Assembly (NCBI RefSeq): GCF_037042905.1
Contig: NC_087249.1
Coordinates: forward strand, 6,512,001-6,572,000
From: Lytechinus pictus
Taxonomy: Eukaryota
Direction: 5' to 3'
DNA length: 60,000 nt
The notes below the pieces were generated by a model. The model was not told the origin of the DNA, did not search any database, and saw nothing but the letters and a program-made list of their open reading frames with translations. Positions within the stretch are counted from its first letter, which is position 1, and each line of letters begins with the position of its first letter. Positions 23,784-36,957 of this stretch are shown in pieces. The position numbers and the translations under genes are program-made.

Positions 23784-24223
23784 CTATCAGTATTGTTGTT
23801 GTTGAGGGCTCAAAATGACGAAACATGAAATCGTACTTGTAGGTCTGAAGGAACATTTATTTATGTCAAAATCAAGAACAGCCCCTGCACAGAGAGGTAA
23901 ATAAAATAAAAACAATAACATATACATGTATAACAACACATTTTGTAATATCTAAATTATCAATCGTGAACACAATAATATAACTATATTCATACAGAAT
24001 AAACATCATAATACTATTTAATATATCAATAACGTGGACAGAATATAACACTGACAATTCCTAAATCAATTATATGATTATTCAAAGAAATATAAATTGG
24101 TATTACATAATAATATTCTGTCACATACATGTATCTTCAATAAAATATAACAAACCAAAGTCTATAACAACCACTTAATAATTCATTCCTTATTCACATA
24201 TGGTAAAATCAGATGATAAGATA

Positions 24224-24430
24224 TCATTTCAAACAAAGTCTATACAATACTGGAGCTAGGTCTAATCTTTGGGTGACTGCTCTCTCTTGTTGCTCTACAT
24301 TATCATCCATCAGTACTTCAATCTCCTCATCAGGTTCTCTGAAATTCTTTGCAAGGTTGTATAGCACACAGCATGCGTTAACCACCCTGCAGGACCTCTC
24401 TCGACTGAAGGGTAGCCCGTCTCCCAGCAA
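24224..24430 (-). pseudogene. Harbinger (DDE_Tnp_4/HARBI1-like) transposase C-terminal fragment
   Basis: GLPFSRERSCRVVNACCVLYNLA followed by an acidic tail matches the ..P.KAC.II.ACCVLHN motif. Confidence 0.75.
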
Positions 24431-24904
24431 AGATAATGGATCTCGGTCTGCAGTGGGCTGTGTAAATGAAAAAGATTTTGAGATGGATTCAAATTCTTCG
24501 CCTCTACAAATTTAATTACAGAAACTAAATTTAATTATTCATAAAATACATATATAATAGACACTGTAGATTAGGAAAAATGAATTATGCTATAGATTCA
24601 TGTTCGGACAACAGAAGCAAACAAATGAATCAGGAATACTCTTGTCTTGATCAATGGTGCAAAACAACTTCATTCAGTTCCCATAAAAGGATTCCATTAA
24701 GGACATTCTTTCAAATGGAGTTTAGCATTTACAGTGGTTCAAAAAGTATGTGAACCCCACCAGAAAATGAACATGTTTCAAGTTCTGCCATTGCTGAGGT
24801 TATGAAATATAACCTTAAATAGAATTTAGAGGTTGTGAAATATTACCTTAAATGAAATTTGATTCTTTGGGCTCGCCGAACATGGTAGTGTTGTTAACCC
24901 TTAT

Positions 24905-26100
24905 TTAACTGTCAAGGCAATCTACCCACTCATGAGGAAAGAACGCTTTCATTTGCTTGCAGTCAAGAAAGTTAGAAATATCCAGAAACTGAAGGTGATG
25001 TGATTTCAGAGCCATGTGATTCTGGTTCCGCTTGATGACATAATCAACAGAATCATGCTGTAAAAGTGATGGGGAGGTAATGGTCTTGATATCATACCTC
25101 CCGGAATTGAAGCCAACCACAGGTAGTTCTGTGATGTGGTTCGTGAAACGCTCCTTCAATATTTGAAGATGTGTCGCTTTTTGAGGCGACTCGTTATTTG
25201 CCTTCTGCCAGCTCTCGTATTGTATTTTTTCATCCAATTTTTTTTTATCACATCCTCGTAAGAGGATTCTGAGAGGGAGAAGGAGTGCTTACTTACATGT
25301 ACCTCTAGGAGGTACAATATTGAATCATCAATCAATTTCTGACAGTCTCCATCAGACACTTTACAGTAGGGTTCTGTGTGACCAGGAACATTTGAATTGA
25401 TGCTCATGCTCATTGGAATGTGGCGTGATGTAAACATGAGTTTGTCAGTTGAAGTATCATTGGAATCTTTGTCATTATCCATCTTTTCTAAGTACGACTG
25501 CATGTCAAATGAAGCAAAGTATGGAAAGAAGCGTCTTTCTTCGACAGAGATGCCTTCCTCAGCCAGCTCTTCCCATATGGTCAAAGGGTTATGAAATGTA
25601 GCCCTTCCTGTGGGGAAAATATGCTTAGGTGGCTGTTGAAGTGCATATTTTCTCATGTCGATGATGTGATTTATTCCATAGCTTGTCACATGTACATGTA
25701 CGGCATTAATAGTTTTGGCAATATCGGAAATGAAACTGAAATGGTTTTCATACAGATTAATTACATACATTGGATTTGGAAACTTATCTAATCCACGGCG
25801 AACAAGTTTAGCAGCAACTGTTACATTTTGACCGTCCACCCACTCGTTCTTATTCCCCTCTGTAATGTTATCATCCCTACATTGTACAGGTTGTTAAAGA
25901 ACTCTTCAATTTTGTCTAACTTGCTTAGATCTATCCCTTCAAAATCTGACATGTTGATATGAGGCGCATACTGTTTTAGCAACGTTCTCACTGTAGTTTC
26001 AAGAGCTTGAGAATTTGCACCTTAAAAGAGAGCTAAACATCTGAAAAGACAAAGGTTATCATTGTACATCCTACCAGTTTCATGGCTCTTAACTAGAGAT
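24905..26100 (-). pseudogene. Polinton/Maverick (adintovirus)-type protein-primed DNA polymerase B fragment (N-terminal and exonuclease part)
   Basis: NDNLCLFRCLAL; INLYENHFSFISD; FFPYFASFDMQSYL; HIPMSMSINSNVPG; LPVVGFNSGRYDI; LQFLDISNFL; KAFFPHEWVD. Frameshifted, with stops. Confidence 0.82.
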
Positions 26101-26259
26101 ACAATTGGTTGAATTCAAAAGTAGGTGGAATAACCAAAGAATGTTTGTAAGTATTTAACCTTACATGTTTGAAATATCAGGTTAAAATTAATCACTGTAA
26201 ATGGTTAAAAGATAAAGTTTGAACAGCCTTTCCTGGTTAAATTTGATATACAGGTACAA

Positions 26260-26547
26260 ATTTGAATGTTCTTTCTTGGCATTGAGCCTCATCCTCTTCC
26301 ACTGGTCTTTTATTTGATGCGTGCTCCATTTATTACCGTATTTTGAGTGGAATTTATTTGCCAACTCATCCCATGCAGCTGTTTTTTTCAAATTACTATG
26401 ATAATCAGTCTTCCTACATAGAAGAACTTCCCTTCGCTCTGTGATTAGTTGGAGGTTTCTTTCGGCGTTTTGCCAGTTTCCCTTTGCTCTCTCCCTTCCA
26501 GCTACAACACACCTAGCCTCCTCCATTTTGGATGTAGCAGACAGCAT
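26260..26547 (-). pseudogene. Myb/SANT-like (trihelix) DNA-binding ORF of a Harbinger element
   Basis: RAKGNWQNAE...REVLLCRKTD...KTAAWDELANKFHSKYGNKWSTHQIKDQWKRMRLNAKKE. Confidence 0.85.
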
Positions 26548-27429
26548 CTGATCTACTGAGCATGCTCAGTAGGAAAAAACCCATGGTTTAAACCATGGTT
26601 TAAAGAAACCATCGTTTGTGAATCAGAGAGGGGGCTTAAACCCCAGGGGGTTTAAACTATGGTTTCAAAAAACCAGGAGGGGGATTAAACCCAGGGGGTT
26701 TAAACTTCTTTTGTGAATACGGGCCATAGGGTTTATTATGATTTAGACATCCAAGTTCATTCTATTTTTATTATACTGTATATGCATTAATTGAAGGAGG
26801 AATTTGTTTTAAAAAAAAGAAGTTTTAGTTGTATCTGCAAACAAATTCTACATGTTGAATTTTAGCCACTTTGTGCTGATAATCAATTCCATCACCTTTA
26901 CAATGTTTGACAATAGAGGGCAGCATTTCAATTTGAGAACAGTAGGTTTATATTGTAGTGAATCAGTGTCACATGTTTACGGTTTTCATGCACTAGTTTA
27001 AAGCAGGGTTGGACATAGTGTGAAAATACTGGTGATAAATACTGTTAAATACTGCCATGATAATTCTTTAGGAAAAAGGGAAGTTCTACAAAATATACTT
27101 GTGGAATATTTTCAGGTATTTCTCAAGCATATTCTAGCATTTCCCTGTATCCCCCCCCCCCCCCCTCCTGTGCATCTGAAGTGCTTCCCAGCATTTACAA
27201 GTTTTTCTAACCTGGGTGAGATGTACATGTACCTAAATTTCTTGGGAAATTGCCAACCCTGGTTTAAAGCTTTGTCTGCCATCAAAGGGCAATAATGTGG
27301 ATTTGGAGGAGATTCTCTGTACATGTACATTTATAACCAATGGAGGGAAATACTCTACACTTTACGAAAAAAAGACCAATCTGCTATCTCCACTCTTCAG
27401 ATAATGCCACTCTGAAATCAAGCAGTGCC

Positions 27430-27643
27430 GGCTGCACAGAAACATTGTTAGCGCTATAAATGGGCTTACAGAGACCTCGGTCACAACTACACTGTAGTAA
27501 TGTCACAGTGATGCCCAATATGGCACTGTCACTACTACGCGTTGTTTACATCTTAGATCAATGTTTGACATCGCAATCCCTGGAAGGTGTACGTGGGCCT
27601 ACTGTTAGTGCTCTGTTTCCGCTAGCAACGTTTCTGTGCAACC
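27430..27643. mobile_element. Palindromic MITE
   Basis: ggctgcacagaaacattgttagcg ... cgctagcaacgtttctgtgcaacc. Confidence 0.7.
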
Positions 27644-28503
27644 AAAACCAATTGTTATGTGTTTGTCTTTAAGATATACAGGATTGCAATGAAACAGGGT
27701 TTCTTTGGGCTTTCATAATGATAAATGATAAGTGGTTATTCGTATCATAAGAGTACATGTTTACATATTCCATGAAAGTCTTGTTTGTAACAAGTACTAT
27801 GCAGTTATTTTTGTTTTATACATGAACATATGTTTTAATATGCAATTTGTACCGAAGAGAATGTAAAAAGATCTTTGTATATTGTTTTATAATAAACTGA
27901 CAAGTCAAATTTATATTTGCACAGATTGTTTATGTATGCTCCTTCAGAACTGCATATTGCTGCAGGTGGGGTGATAATACCTCGTTATCTCAAAATTTAA
28001 ATATTTTGATGGCAGCTCAGAAGCTAGATATAAAGTTGTAACTTGGGTAGCAACCTTCTTTTGCCTCGAAAGAGTTCCTCACAGGAATCAGGAGGCTGTT
28101 TTCAGGAATATGAGACTGCCACCATTGCCATATATTTTTCATTTGATTTTGAGCTACAAGGTTTTATCAGCCCAGCCATGATATGAATATAGAATGGAGA
28201 AAGGTATAAGAAAGTTTGAGAATGAAAATAAAACAGACAGAGAGATAGTAGAGGGGATATGAATAGAGTGAGGAGAGAGATTTTGTCTGAGGGAGAAATA
28301 GGATAAAAAAGAGATTGCGTTTGATGGAGAAAGAGAAAAAGTGAGTGAGAGGGACACAGTGAGGAAGAAAAAATTGGTGATTTCAAGTAGTGTTGACCTT
28401 TTGGTATTGGTGATGGATCGATTTTTACACCAGCTCAGCTCCAAAATTTAATAAAATAACACTGGTCCTGAAGGTACAGAGCTATCAATATTGTGATATA
28501 GAT

Positions 28504-28967
28504 CCCGGGGGCCAGGGGGGAGCACTCAAATGATATTTTGATGGGGGTGTGCCTCACGAAACCCTGGATTGGGGTCTAAGGAACTGACCACAAGGGTAAA
28601 ATACGGGGTCTTAGGAACTAAATACCGGGCGTTGTGAAAAACTGGGTCTACGGAACGGGATTGTGGTACAAGTGGGTACAATGCACGCTGTGCATGTATA
28701 TGTTGGCGCTAGCAGTGCATAGAGCTACAAGTGGAGGGAGTGGTGAAGCCGTGCGTGCAGCTTTCGAATGCGGTGCTTGCGCTGGAAAATTTTGGCAGGG
28801 CTTGAGAACAGATGTTTCATAACGGGGGTCTTGCGAGTGGGGCAGGGCAGCTTCTGAATGGATTTTTTTGTCATTCGGAGTATCTAGAGAACTGAAAAAG
28901 GGGGTCATCAAAGCGGCACGTCCCCGTACCACCAATATAAATTATGTGAGTGCCCCCCCCCCCCGGG
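28504..28967. mobile_element. MITE with CCCGGG(G)n termini, flanked by AT
   Basis: at|cccggggg...gcactca ... tgagtgcccccccccccccggg|at. Confidence 0.75.
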
Positions 28968-29287
28968 ATTTAGATCTACATTGTATAAAGCTCAAATTGA
29001 ATTTTGGGGCCAGGGAAGACAATGTTTACCAATCAAACTTGAATTCTGCCAGTGTGAAGGGAGAAGGAGTGAGGGTGTAGGGTACTTGTGGGTGTGAGGA
29101 ATGACCTACTTCTGGGGACATTTTCTTACTTTTTACCCACCAACTGAGGACATCCCCCAAGATAACCATGTCCATGCCACACTTGAATTATCATCACACT
29201 TTAGACCAGTTAAATGTAGTCAATGCACGATTTATACATTTATATTTTGGCCAGTTTAACACCAATTGTATTACATGTATGCAGAGG

Positions 29288-29879
29288 CAGGGTGACCAGA
29301 TTTAGACAGTCGAAATTCATGACTTTTTTATGTCAGATCAGTGGTGTAATGAGCCAAACATGTTGAGAGGGGAAATTTCTAAAAAGCTGTGAGCGAGCGA
29401 GCACAAATTTTGGCCTTTTAAATATAAAAGTATAATTTCGCATTAAAAAAAACAAATTTGACTTATTATTTAGACAATCATAATTCTTATCATATTTCAT
29501 CTTTACAAAAAATGTAATGTTTGAATATTCTCATGTAAAAGTGTTCAAGATAGTGAAAAATGGGACAAAACGTCCCGGGTAGGGCCATAGGGGACACGGA
29601 ATAAAATTGCTGAAATACGGGACTGTCCCTTGAAATCGGGGACATCTGGGGGTGTTTCACAAAGATTGAAGTATGACTTTAATAGAGCCGCACTTAAATG
29701 TCTAGTTGCGTGCGGTATAGAAGGCATGACCGCATTGGTCAGAACATGCCAAGAGGACGTGCACTACTGCGCAATGATCAATAAGATTGCGCGTTGCATA
29801 TCATGAACGCATCGGCATTTAAGTGCGACTTAAGAAGTCATACTGAAATCTTTGTGAAACACCCCCCTGGTCACCTTTG
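29288..29879. mobile_element. hAT-like MITE with a nested Harbinger-type MITE (about 29649-29866)
   Basis: cagggtgaccaga ... ctggtcacctttg with gcagagg on both flanks. The inner element ggggtgtttcacaaagat...atctttgtgaaacacccc has a CTG TSD. Confidence 0.75.
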
Positions 29880-30152
29880 CAGAGGGTTTGTAGGAATTTT
29901 TAGGAAGGGAACCCAAGTAGATTGAATTCAAAATTTTGAGTGTATTATATCGCAAACTCTGCAGAAAAAAAAGAAATAAAAGTCACCCATTGACATTGTA
30001 CTGTATATGTGTGAGTAAAGAAAGTGAGATAGCATGTACATGTAAGGAGAGAAAGATGGGTGTAGAGATACATGTAGGATTGAGTTTAGAGCAAGAGAGA
30101 CTGTGTACATGTAAGGAGAGAGTAAGAGAAAAGACAAGGGAAGTAAAACCAG

Positions 30153-30308
30153 GGGCCCGTTTCATAAAGGACTTGCAACTGTTGTAAAATTGTCATTATG
30201 ACAACTACCATGGTAACAAGGCTCAGCAGCCAATCAGAATCAAGGTTGCCATGGTAGTTGCCATAATGGCAAAGTTACAACAGTTGTAACTCTTTATGAA
30301 ACGGGCCC
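30153..30308. mobile_element. Palindromic Harbinger-type MITE with CAG TSD
   Basis: gggcccgtttcataaag...ctttatgaaacgggccc. Relatives lie at 47493-47650, 52617-52770, 37773-37900, 54835-54990, 49910-50048 and 8620-8735. Confidence 0.82.
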
Positions 30309-30731
30309 CAGATGTTGCAATTATCTGAGAAAAAGAGAAATTGATTAAATACTTGGTGGCTTTTACTTCTTTCTTAAATACTCCACCCCCTCCTCTCTCT
30401 CTCTCCTTCCCCAATCCTTTCTATCTATCTGACCCTCGTCCTTTCCTGCTTTCCCTATCGCTCATATGACCACTTGTTGCGTATACCTTGGGTCTACAAG
30501 AAGTAGATCTATGATCATAACCACACCTACCAAATAAAGTTTGAATGAGGTTTTAAGAATACATGATTGTAGGATGGTGTATGGCTGGGTGGTCGGTCAG
30601 CCTGTCGCGAATCTTGTGGATTGAACTACTTCCTCACTTTTCACCCAGTGCGTATGAGCATAGATCTTGGTATGAAGACAAACGAGATCCAATTTGGAAG
30701 GAGTCGGGTGATGCACTGCAATAGTCACAGC

Positions 30732-30923
30732 AGTGACACGACATTTGCTCCTGCGACAATTGCTCCGGACTTAATTTCGTCTAAGATGTACAGGTAGGGT
30801 TAGGGTTGCAATTAGGTTTTACGTTAGGTTTAGGGTAGGGTATAGGGTTGAAGTTAGTCATTCGATTTAGTATGTGGAATTTAGAGTGGAGAAAATGTTG
30901 CCGGAGCAAATGTCATGGAACCG
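30732..30923. mobile_element. MITE containing TTAGGG-like repeats
   Basis: gtgacacgacatttgctcc ... ggagcaaatgtcatggaacc, with tcacag on both flanks. A related inverted copy lies at 5743-5946. Confidence 0.72.
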
Positions 30924-32936
30924 TCACAGCATATTGACAATAATTAAAAAAAATGTCCTTTCTTCCTTCATAATCATGTGTTACACAAATAAGACTACTA
31001 TAATATGATGGGTGTATGAATTATTTTCAGTAATATATCTTGTTTTGCACAAACCGCATACACAAAGGCATTGGTTGGGAAAAAGTGGGGGCGTAAACTA
31101 CATGTAGGCAGCCGAAATGATAAGGCAATGAATTCATCTTAATTCATCTTCTGGTTCTGAGGATTTTAATCAGGAACGTACAGTTGTAAATAATCACGTA
31201 ATCTTCAAATATTTTAGCTCAATGAAAGCGCAATGAATAATCATAACATTCTACCTTCCTATCCGTACATACATGTATATCCCTCTCATCTTTATTGCTC
31301 AATTCCTTTTTCAAACAGCCATCGTCATTCTTTGTTCAAATATAATTCACTGCGGCTATAGTAATCGGTTGGTAAGACTAAATATTATTTCGCTTAATAT
31401 GCATTAAAAAAAATGAATGCAAAATCCATTTGCAGGACGTTCAATAAAATATAACTGAATTTACAGTCTGTACAGTTTGTTACAATTTACATTCATTTCA
31501 ATTTCCTCAAGTGATCTACATGATTAAGTTTAATAAATGTTGAAACAATTCATGTTTGTCAATTATTTTTATCCATTTCCTATATACATATACTATTATA
31601 TCCATACAATGTTTCCATTCATTATTATAAATATACATCTCATTTTTTTTTTACAAGAGATAGAAGGAAAACCAATCAAAATGGATAAGAATAATTGAGG
31701 ACATATCATATACATGTACATGTAAATATATATATTAATAAAAGATATCATATTTTCATTCACTCAAATATTTCTTCACGAGCCATGATATGCTTGTACA
31801 CAGTATGCAGTACTGAAAAAATGGCTATCCTGTGATTTCTCCAAAACTATACAAACACAAGATTTGTCCAATGTAAGCTTGGTATCCATCTCTAAAACAC
31901 AATTAAGTGTCTGCAATGCTAATAGGTACAACGATAATAATTATAATTAAAAAAATATTACACTTCTACTCTCTTTTGCATACATATTTTAGACGCTTAA
32001 TACAGAACTCAGGGCCAGCGTTCAATTCACATTGTCCGGGCAATATAACATGCATAATCTCATTTTATCTTAAATGTTATTCTTGCTATATTTCAGTGCA
32101 GCTCATGATAGCAGCAATTTTAACTTTAATTTGTTTGCAGTGTGCAGAGCATTGAAATGTGTGTAAAATTATCAGGTGTTAAACATCAACCAACACCTTT
32201 CTGAATCCCATCTCCTTCAAAGGTGTAGTACTACACCAAAGCCTTTGAAATTGCAAATTTTTTTTTTTTACAAAGTGACCCAATAGGGTCCCATTGCATA
32301 CAATTACTCTAACTTGTCATTTTTATTTATGGAATGTAACTACCTAAACAATGCCCAACAACCAATCCAAACCAACATTTAAAATTCAGATATCATAAAT
32401 GCCAAAGTTCATGAAGTTTCATGCAAAGTGGGCCCAGGTCTGCCCAAATGGAAATTGTAAACCTTTCTGGGGCAGGTTTCAGAACAGGAACAATCAACTT
32501 TACAGGGCTGATGTTCATGGATATCCATACAAGAAGTTCTAATCAGATCACAAATATTGACTCAATCTCTTGCTATTGTTATAACACACTATTCTGATGA
32601 CTCCATATACATTAATTTTGTTGTAAAGAGAACTTAATGCAGTACTACATTCATATTGATAATTCTAGAATATCATACTATATACTACAGTATTCTGTAT
32701 TTGTAAGGTGAAAATTAGAGTTGTGACTAGAAGTTGTACTACAAAAATTTAGGTTGATTTGTAATTTTATTGAGATTGCACATATTCCCTTTATATAGGG
32801 GCAGCTTTCTTTCTTGATCAGGTCGAGAACTACTAGACAATGATGGTGTTTGGTGGTGGTGATGATGATGATGCTGATTATGATGATGGTGATGATGGTG
32901 ATGATGGTGATGATGGTGACGGTGGTGGTGATAATA

Positions 32937-33246
32937 TCGACTTTTTGCATTTACTACGGGAAAAACTCTACAACCCATCGCTTCCTTTAAAATGCAATTA
33001 AAATCACAATGGAGAGCTGAGAGGCTTTTGTCGAAAGATGGTGGACTGGGACAGCAGATCATCCAAAGATTGGCACTGGATAAACAATTGCAAATATGTT
33101 GTTGTCCAGAGTCAAGAGATTCCGATGCTGTCCTGGTCCACCAACTTTCGACAAAAGCCTCTCAGCTCTCCATTGTGATTTTAATTGCATTTTCAAAGGA
33201 ATTGGTGTGTTTTAGAGTTTCCCTGTAGAAAATACGAAAAGTCCCG
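32937..33246. repeat. Near-perfect palindrome of about 300 bp (foldback MITE) between (GAT/GGT)n tracts
   Basis: aaaatgcaattaaaatcacaatggagagctgagaggcttttgtcgaaag (32990-33038) is exactly mirrored at 33145-33193; the arms extend further with mismatches. Confidence 0.85.
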
Positions 33247-36152
33247 ATTGATGATGGTGGTGGTGGTCATGATAAAGGTGAAAATGATGGACCAGAAAAG
33301 GGCTATGCAAATGATAATACATGTAGTTAGGATGATGATGATTAAAATATTGTAAAATCTTGATTTCTTGCATCTGGCCATTGAGCTGTCCATATGAAAT
33401 ATACAATTCTTGCTCCTAATAATAACATATGAACCTTTTTTAAGAGTTGATAAATTTGTGAGCATCAAAACATAACTGCAGTTCTAACTGGCACTTCATA
33501 AGTTTGCATCTAAGACGGAGTCACAAAACCTCTTTACTTTAAAGTAAACAAGATTATACATGTATTGAAAAACACAACTTATTGAAGGGTTTTCTTTCAG
33601 TTAGGCACTTGACACAAGTCAAGACCGCACCTTTCCTGCAGGAATCCTTGCAAGCAGCTTTCAATTACAAATCATCATGACATGGTCACCAAAGACAAAG
33701 CGATAGAGACTTCAGGAAAGCTGCAATGAAAAGACACATTGCATCCTTGTGACAGGATTACTGCTAAAAGACATGGCACAGACTTTTGAGAAGTTACCTT
33801 GTCTCTGTTAGAGCCTTGTATCTCAAACTTAAAATATTTGGAAGACAGTTCAGAATAAGCTTGATTTTAGAATGATAACATGGGTAGCAGCCTTATTTTG
33901 CCTTAGAAAGAGTCCTTGACAGGTATCAGACAGTATGAGACTGCCATCATTGCTATATTTTAAACATACAGCCTTTTCTAAGCTGCCTTCAAATTTGTTA
34001 AGATACAAGGTTTTATCAACCCATACACATTATGCTATTACACCATCAGCATAGAACCTCTTAAAAAAAACCACAAAATTTCATGCTGCCACCTTTAAAG
34101 ATAAAAGAGTTGATTTTTAGCTCTACTTCAAATGCACTAGTTTGGCAAATGGTTATCATTTAGTGAGCAAAGCTCCAGGAAGACGAGACACACGGAGGGG
34201 TTCAAATAGTTCCCATTGCTTCTATCAACTGTTCAGAGTTGGATTAAGGAGGTTGACAGAAAATTCCATCAAAAAATAGATGCTTTGGATTAAAAACTAG
34301 AAAGTTTTCTTTTATCTATTGACCTCTGAACGGATAATTCATTCCAAGAAAATCTATTACATGACACTGCAAATATTTTTTTTCTTATCTGAAAATTATG
34401 AAGGACATCTTTATAATTTAATGTTCTTTATTTTTTAATGTTCACGGACTTGCTGAAAAGCAGTCTGTTATGCCTGAATGTAAGTTTTACCATGATTAAA
34501 TAAATACAATACAAAGTACAATACAGATTACTTCCCTAAAACCAAACATAAAGTGTCAATCCACTGATGTTTTTTTAAACATCCGCACTGAGTCTTGACA
34601 CTTCTTTTTACTTGAAATATTTGCAGGCATGAGTGACATTATTGTGTAACCGAAACAAACATCTGCATATTCCTACACACAAATTGCTAGAAACTGCGAG
34701 TACATCAAGCGAAGCCCCCCCCCCCCCCCCACTCCCTTACCATACAATCACTCTCCACAATAAAGATAGAGTATTGTCACTTGAAAATGTGATAAATAAT
34801 ACAAATATACATGTAAAGAAATTACAAGTTCATTTTGGCAAGAGAAATCATACGAAAATGAGAAGAGCGTCCAGCACATCTGTACACAAGTACAACAATG
34901 CTATCTGACCATCAATTCATTGTCTACAACAATTTGTTCTTGTATTTTGCATATAATCTATAATACCTGCTTAAAGAAACCCATGCAAAGAGGGCTACTA
35001 TTGCCAACATACAGCACATGTACATGTAAATCTCTGGGAAGTGTTGACGAAAAGAAATGTGAATATATGCCTGTGTGTTTGATCGGCGCACTACATACTT
35101 TTCCAAGAGCATTTTGCTTGCAGTGGTCTAATTTGGGGGAATATGAGGAAAAGACAATCTTAGAAAATAAAAAACAAAAAAAGGAGGGGGTAAAAAAACC
35201 TAAAATAAGATCAACTGAAATGTTTTCTTAAGATAAAACTATATCCATACCGTGCACAAATTAAAGGCATATTCTTGGTAACAATGGAACACCCTTCTCT
35301 CACTGATTTTTGTAAAGAAAATTATACCTTGTATATGATAAAGGCATAACAGTGCAAACGTTTGAGAACAGAATATATATAGAATTCACAAATGTGCATG
35401 ATTGAAGTGGGTTTTAACACTTAATGAAGTGATGATCACAACAACAAAAAATCTTTTTTTTTTTTTTTTGCATTTCAGCAGTTTTTACACCATACCAGGG
35501 AGAAGCATTACGAAAAAATACAATGACCCAAATTCGGGGGGAATCGGTCCAAAGGGGCCCAACATACGACTTCATAAATACAATTAGCCCCCTGTATTAT
35601 TAGCTTGGTTCATAGCACTTCGAACAAGACCAATACTAACTTGATTTTAATGGGGCTAATTATCTTTTCGTGTGGTCATATCTTGGGCCCCCATCGACCA
35701 ATTCCCCTCAATTTGGAGTTTTGGAGATTTTTTTTAATGCTCTACCAAAATGTTATTTATAATGCTGAAATGCAAAAAAAGGAAATTGATGACATCATAC
35801 TCTATAGGTTCAATGACTCCAAACTGGAATGCTCTATTGAAATTCAAAATGGGGTTCAATTGATTTTTATGTTTATGAAAAATGTATGTTGAAGCTTAGT
35901 CCACATACAATTTCATACATCTGGCTATTATGTTATCAAAATATACATGTGTCACTTTGTTAGATTACAAAGGACCTTTGTTTTCAAAACACATGTCCAT
36001 GTGAATTCACTTTCTATCCATGCCCATTCAATTTTGAGTTTTTCAATATAAAAGATACAAGCTTGAAAGAAAGCTTAATATTGAATCACCTTGGTATTGT
36101 ATTAATCTTAGATGAAGCATGAATAAAAAAAAAAATGAAATTCAAGTTCAAA

Positions 36153-36440
36153 GGCCTGTATTCTGAAGTCAGGTTTAACCATGGTCTAACTCTGTGCTAA
36201 AATTATGGGAAGCCAAAAGTATCAAAATTTGTATTAAGTTGTATGTTTCTTATGTTTACTGTGCTCTTTCCTGATTCATCGATGGTGAAGACAATCATCT
36301 ATTTATACTTCCTAGACAATTATGAATGATTTGAGAGCCAAATGAGCTGAAATATGATATCTCTACTGTTAGTGATTTATGTAACAATTGGCTATCCATA
36401 CTTAAACCACAACTTTAAACCCGACTTCAGAATATGGGCC
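36153..36440. mobile_element. Harbinger-type MITE
   Basis: ggcctgtattctgaagtcaggtttaa ... ttaaacccgacttcagaatatgggcc. Confidence 0.78.
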
Positions 36441-36957
36441 AAAGGGTTACAGTTGTATGATTCAAGCTTAAACAACTAAGTAAACCAAGTACCGTAAGCA
36501 TTAATTAGCAACATACATGTAGTAAGTATCATTCATAAAATTATGCTTTCTTTAAAAATAAGAATATCTGTTGGTGTCTCCAATAATACTGATACAGCAT
36601 GGGTATACATGATTTTCATCTGAGTTGGAATACTGTATATTTCACATGTCACTTCTCGAAGAAGAAGAAGGGAAAGGTTCGCTTCAAAAGTCAAAAATCT
36701 TTCTTCTGGAGATGTGGGATCAAATCTGGAGACAAACAAAGACATGTATTTGGCTTGAGGATAAATGAGTTGCAGTAAGATGAGATATACACAAATCATC
36801 AGGAAATTAGAAAGGACTGTCAAATACGATGGGCATATAATATCTCAGATCTGTCCTCGCACATATTTGTTCACACACTCAATCAATCAATCCGCAAGGT
36901 CTAGGGGAAGCTTCTTTACATAGTATCTTGAATCATCAAGACCTCACAAACCATCCC

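Larger units (their letters stand above)
24180..26725 (-). mobile_element. Degenerate Harbinger transposon (one TIR visible)
   Basis: Terminus GGCCCGTATTCACAAA at 26725 on the minus strand, subterminal aaaccatggttt / aaacccc..ggggtttaaa palindromes, then the Myb ORF and the transposase C-terminus. The second TIR was not found. Confidence 0.7.
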
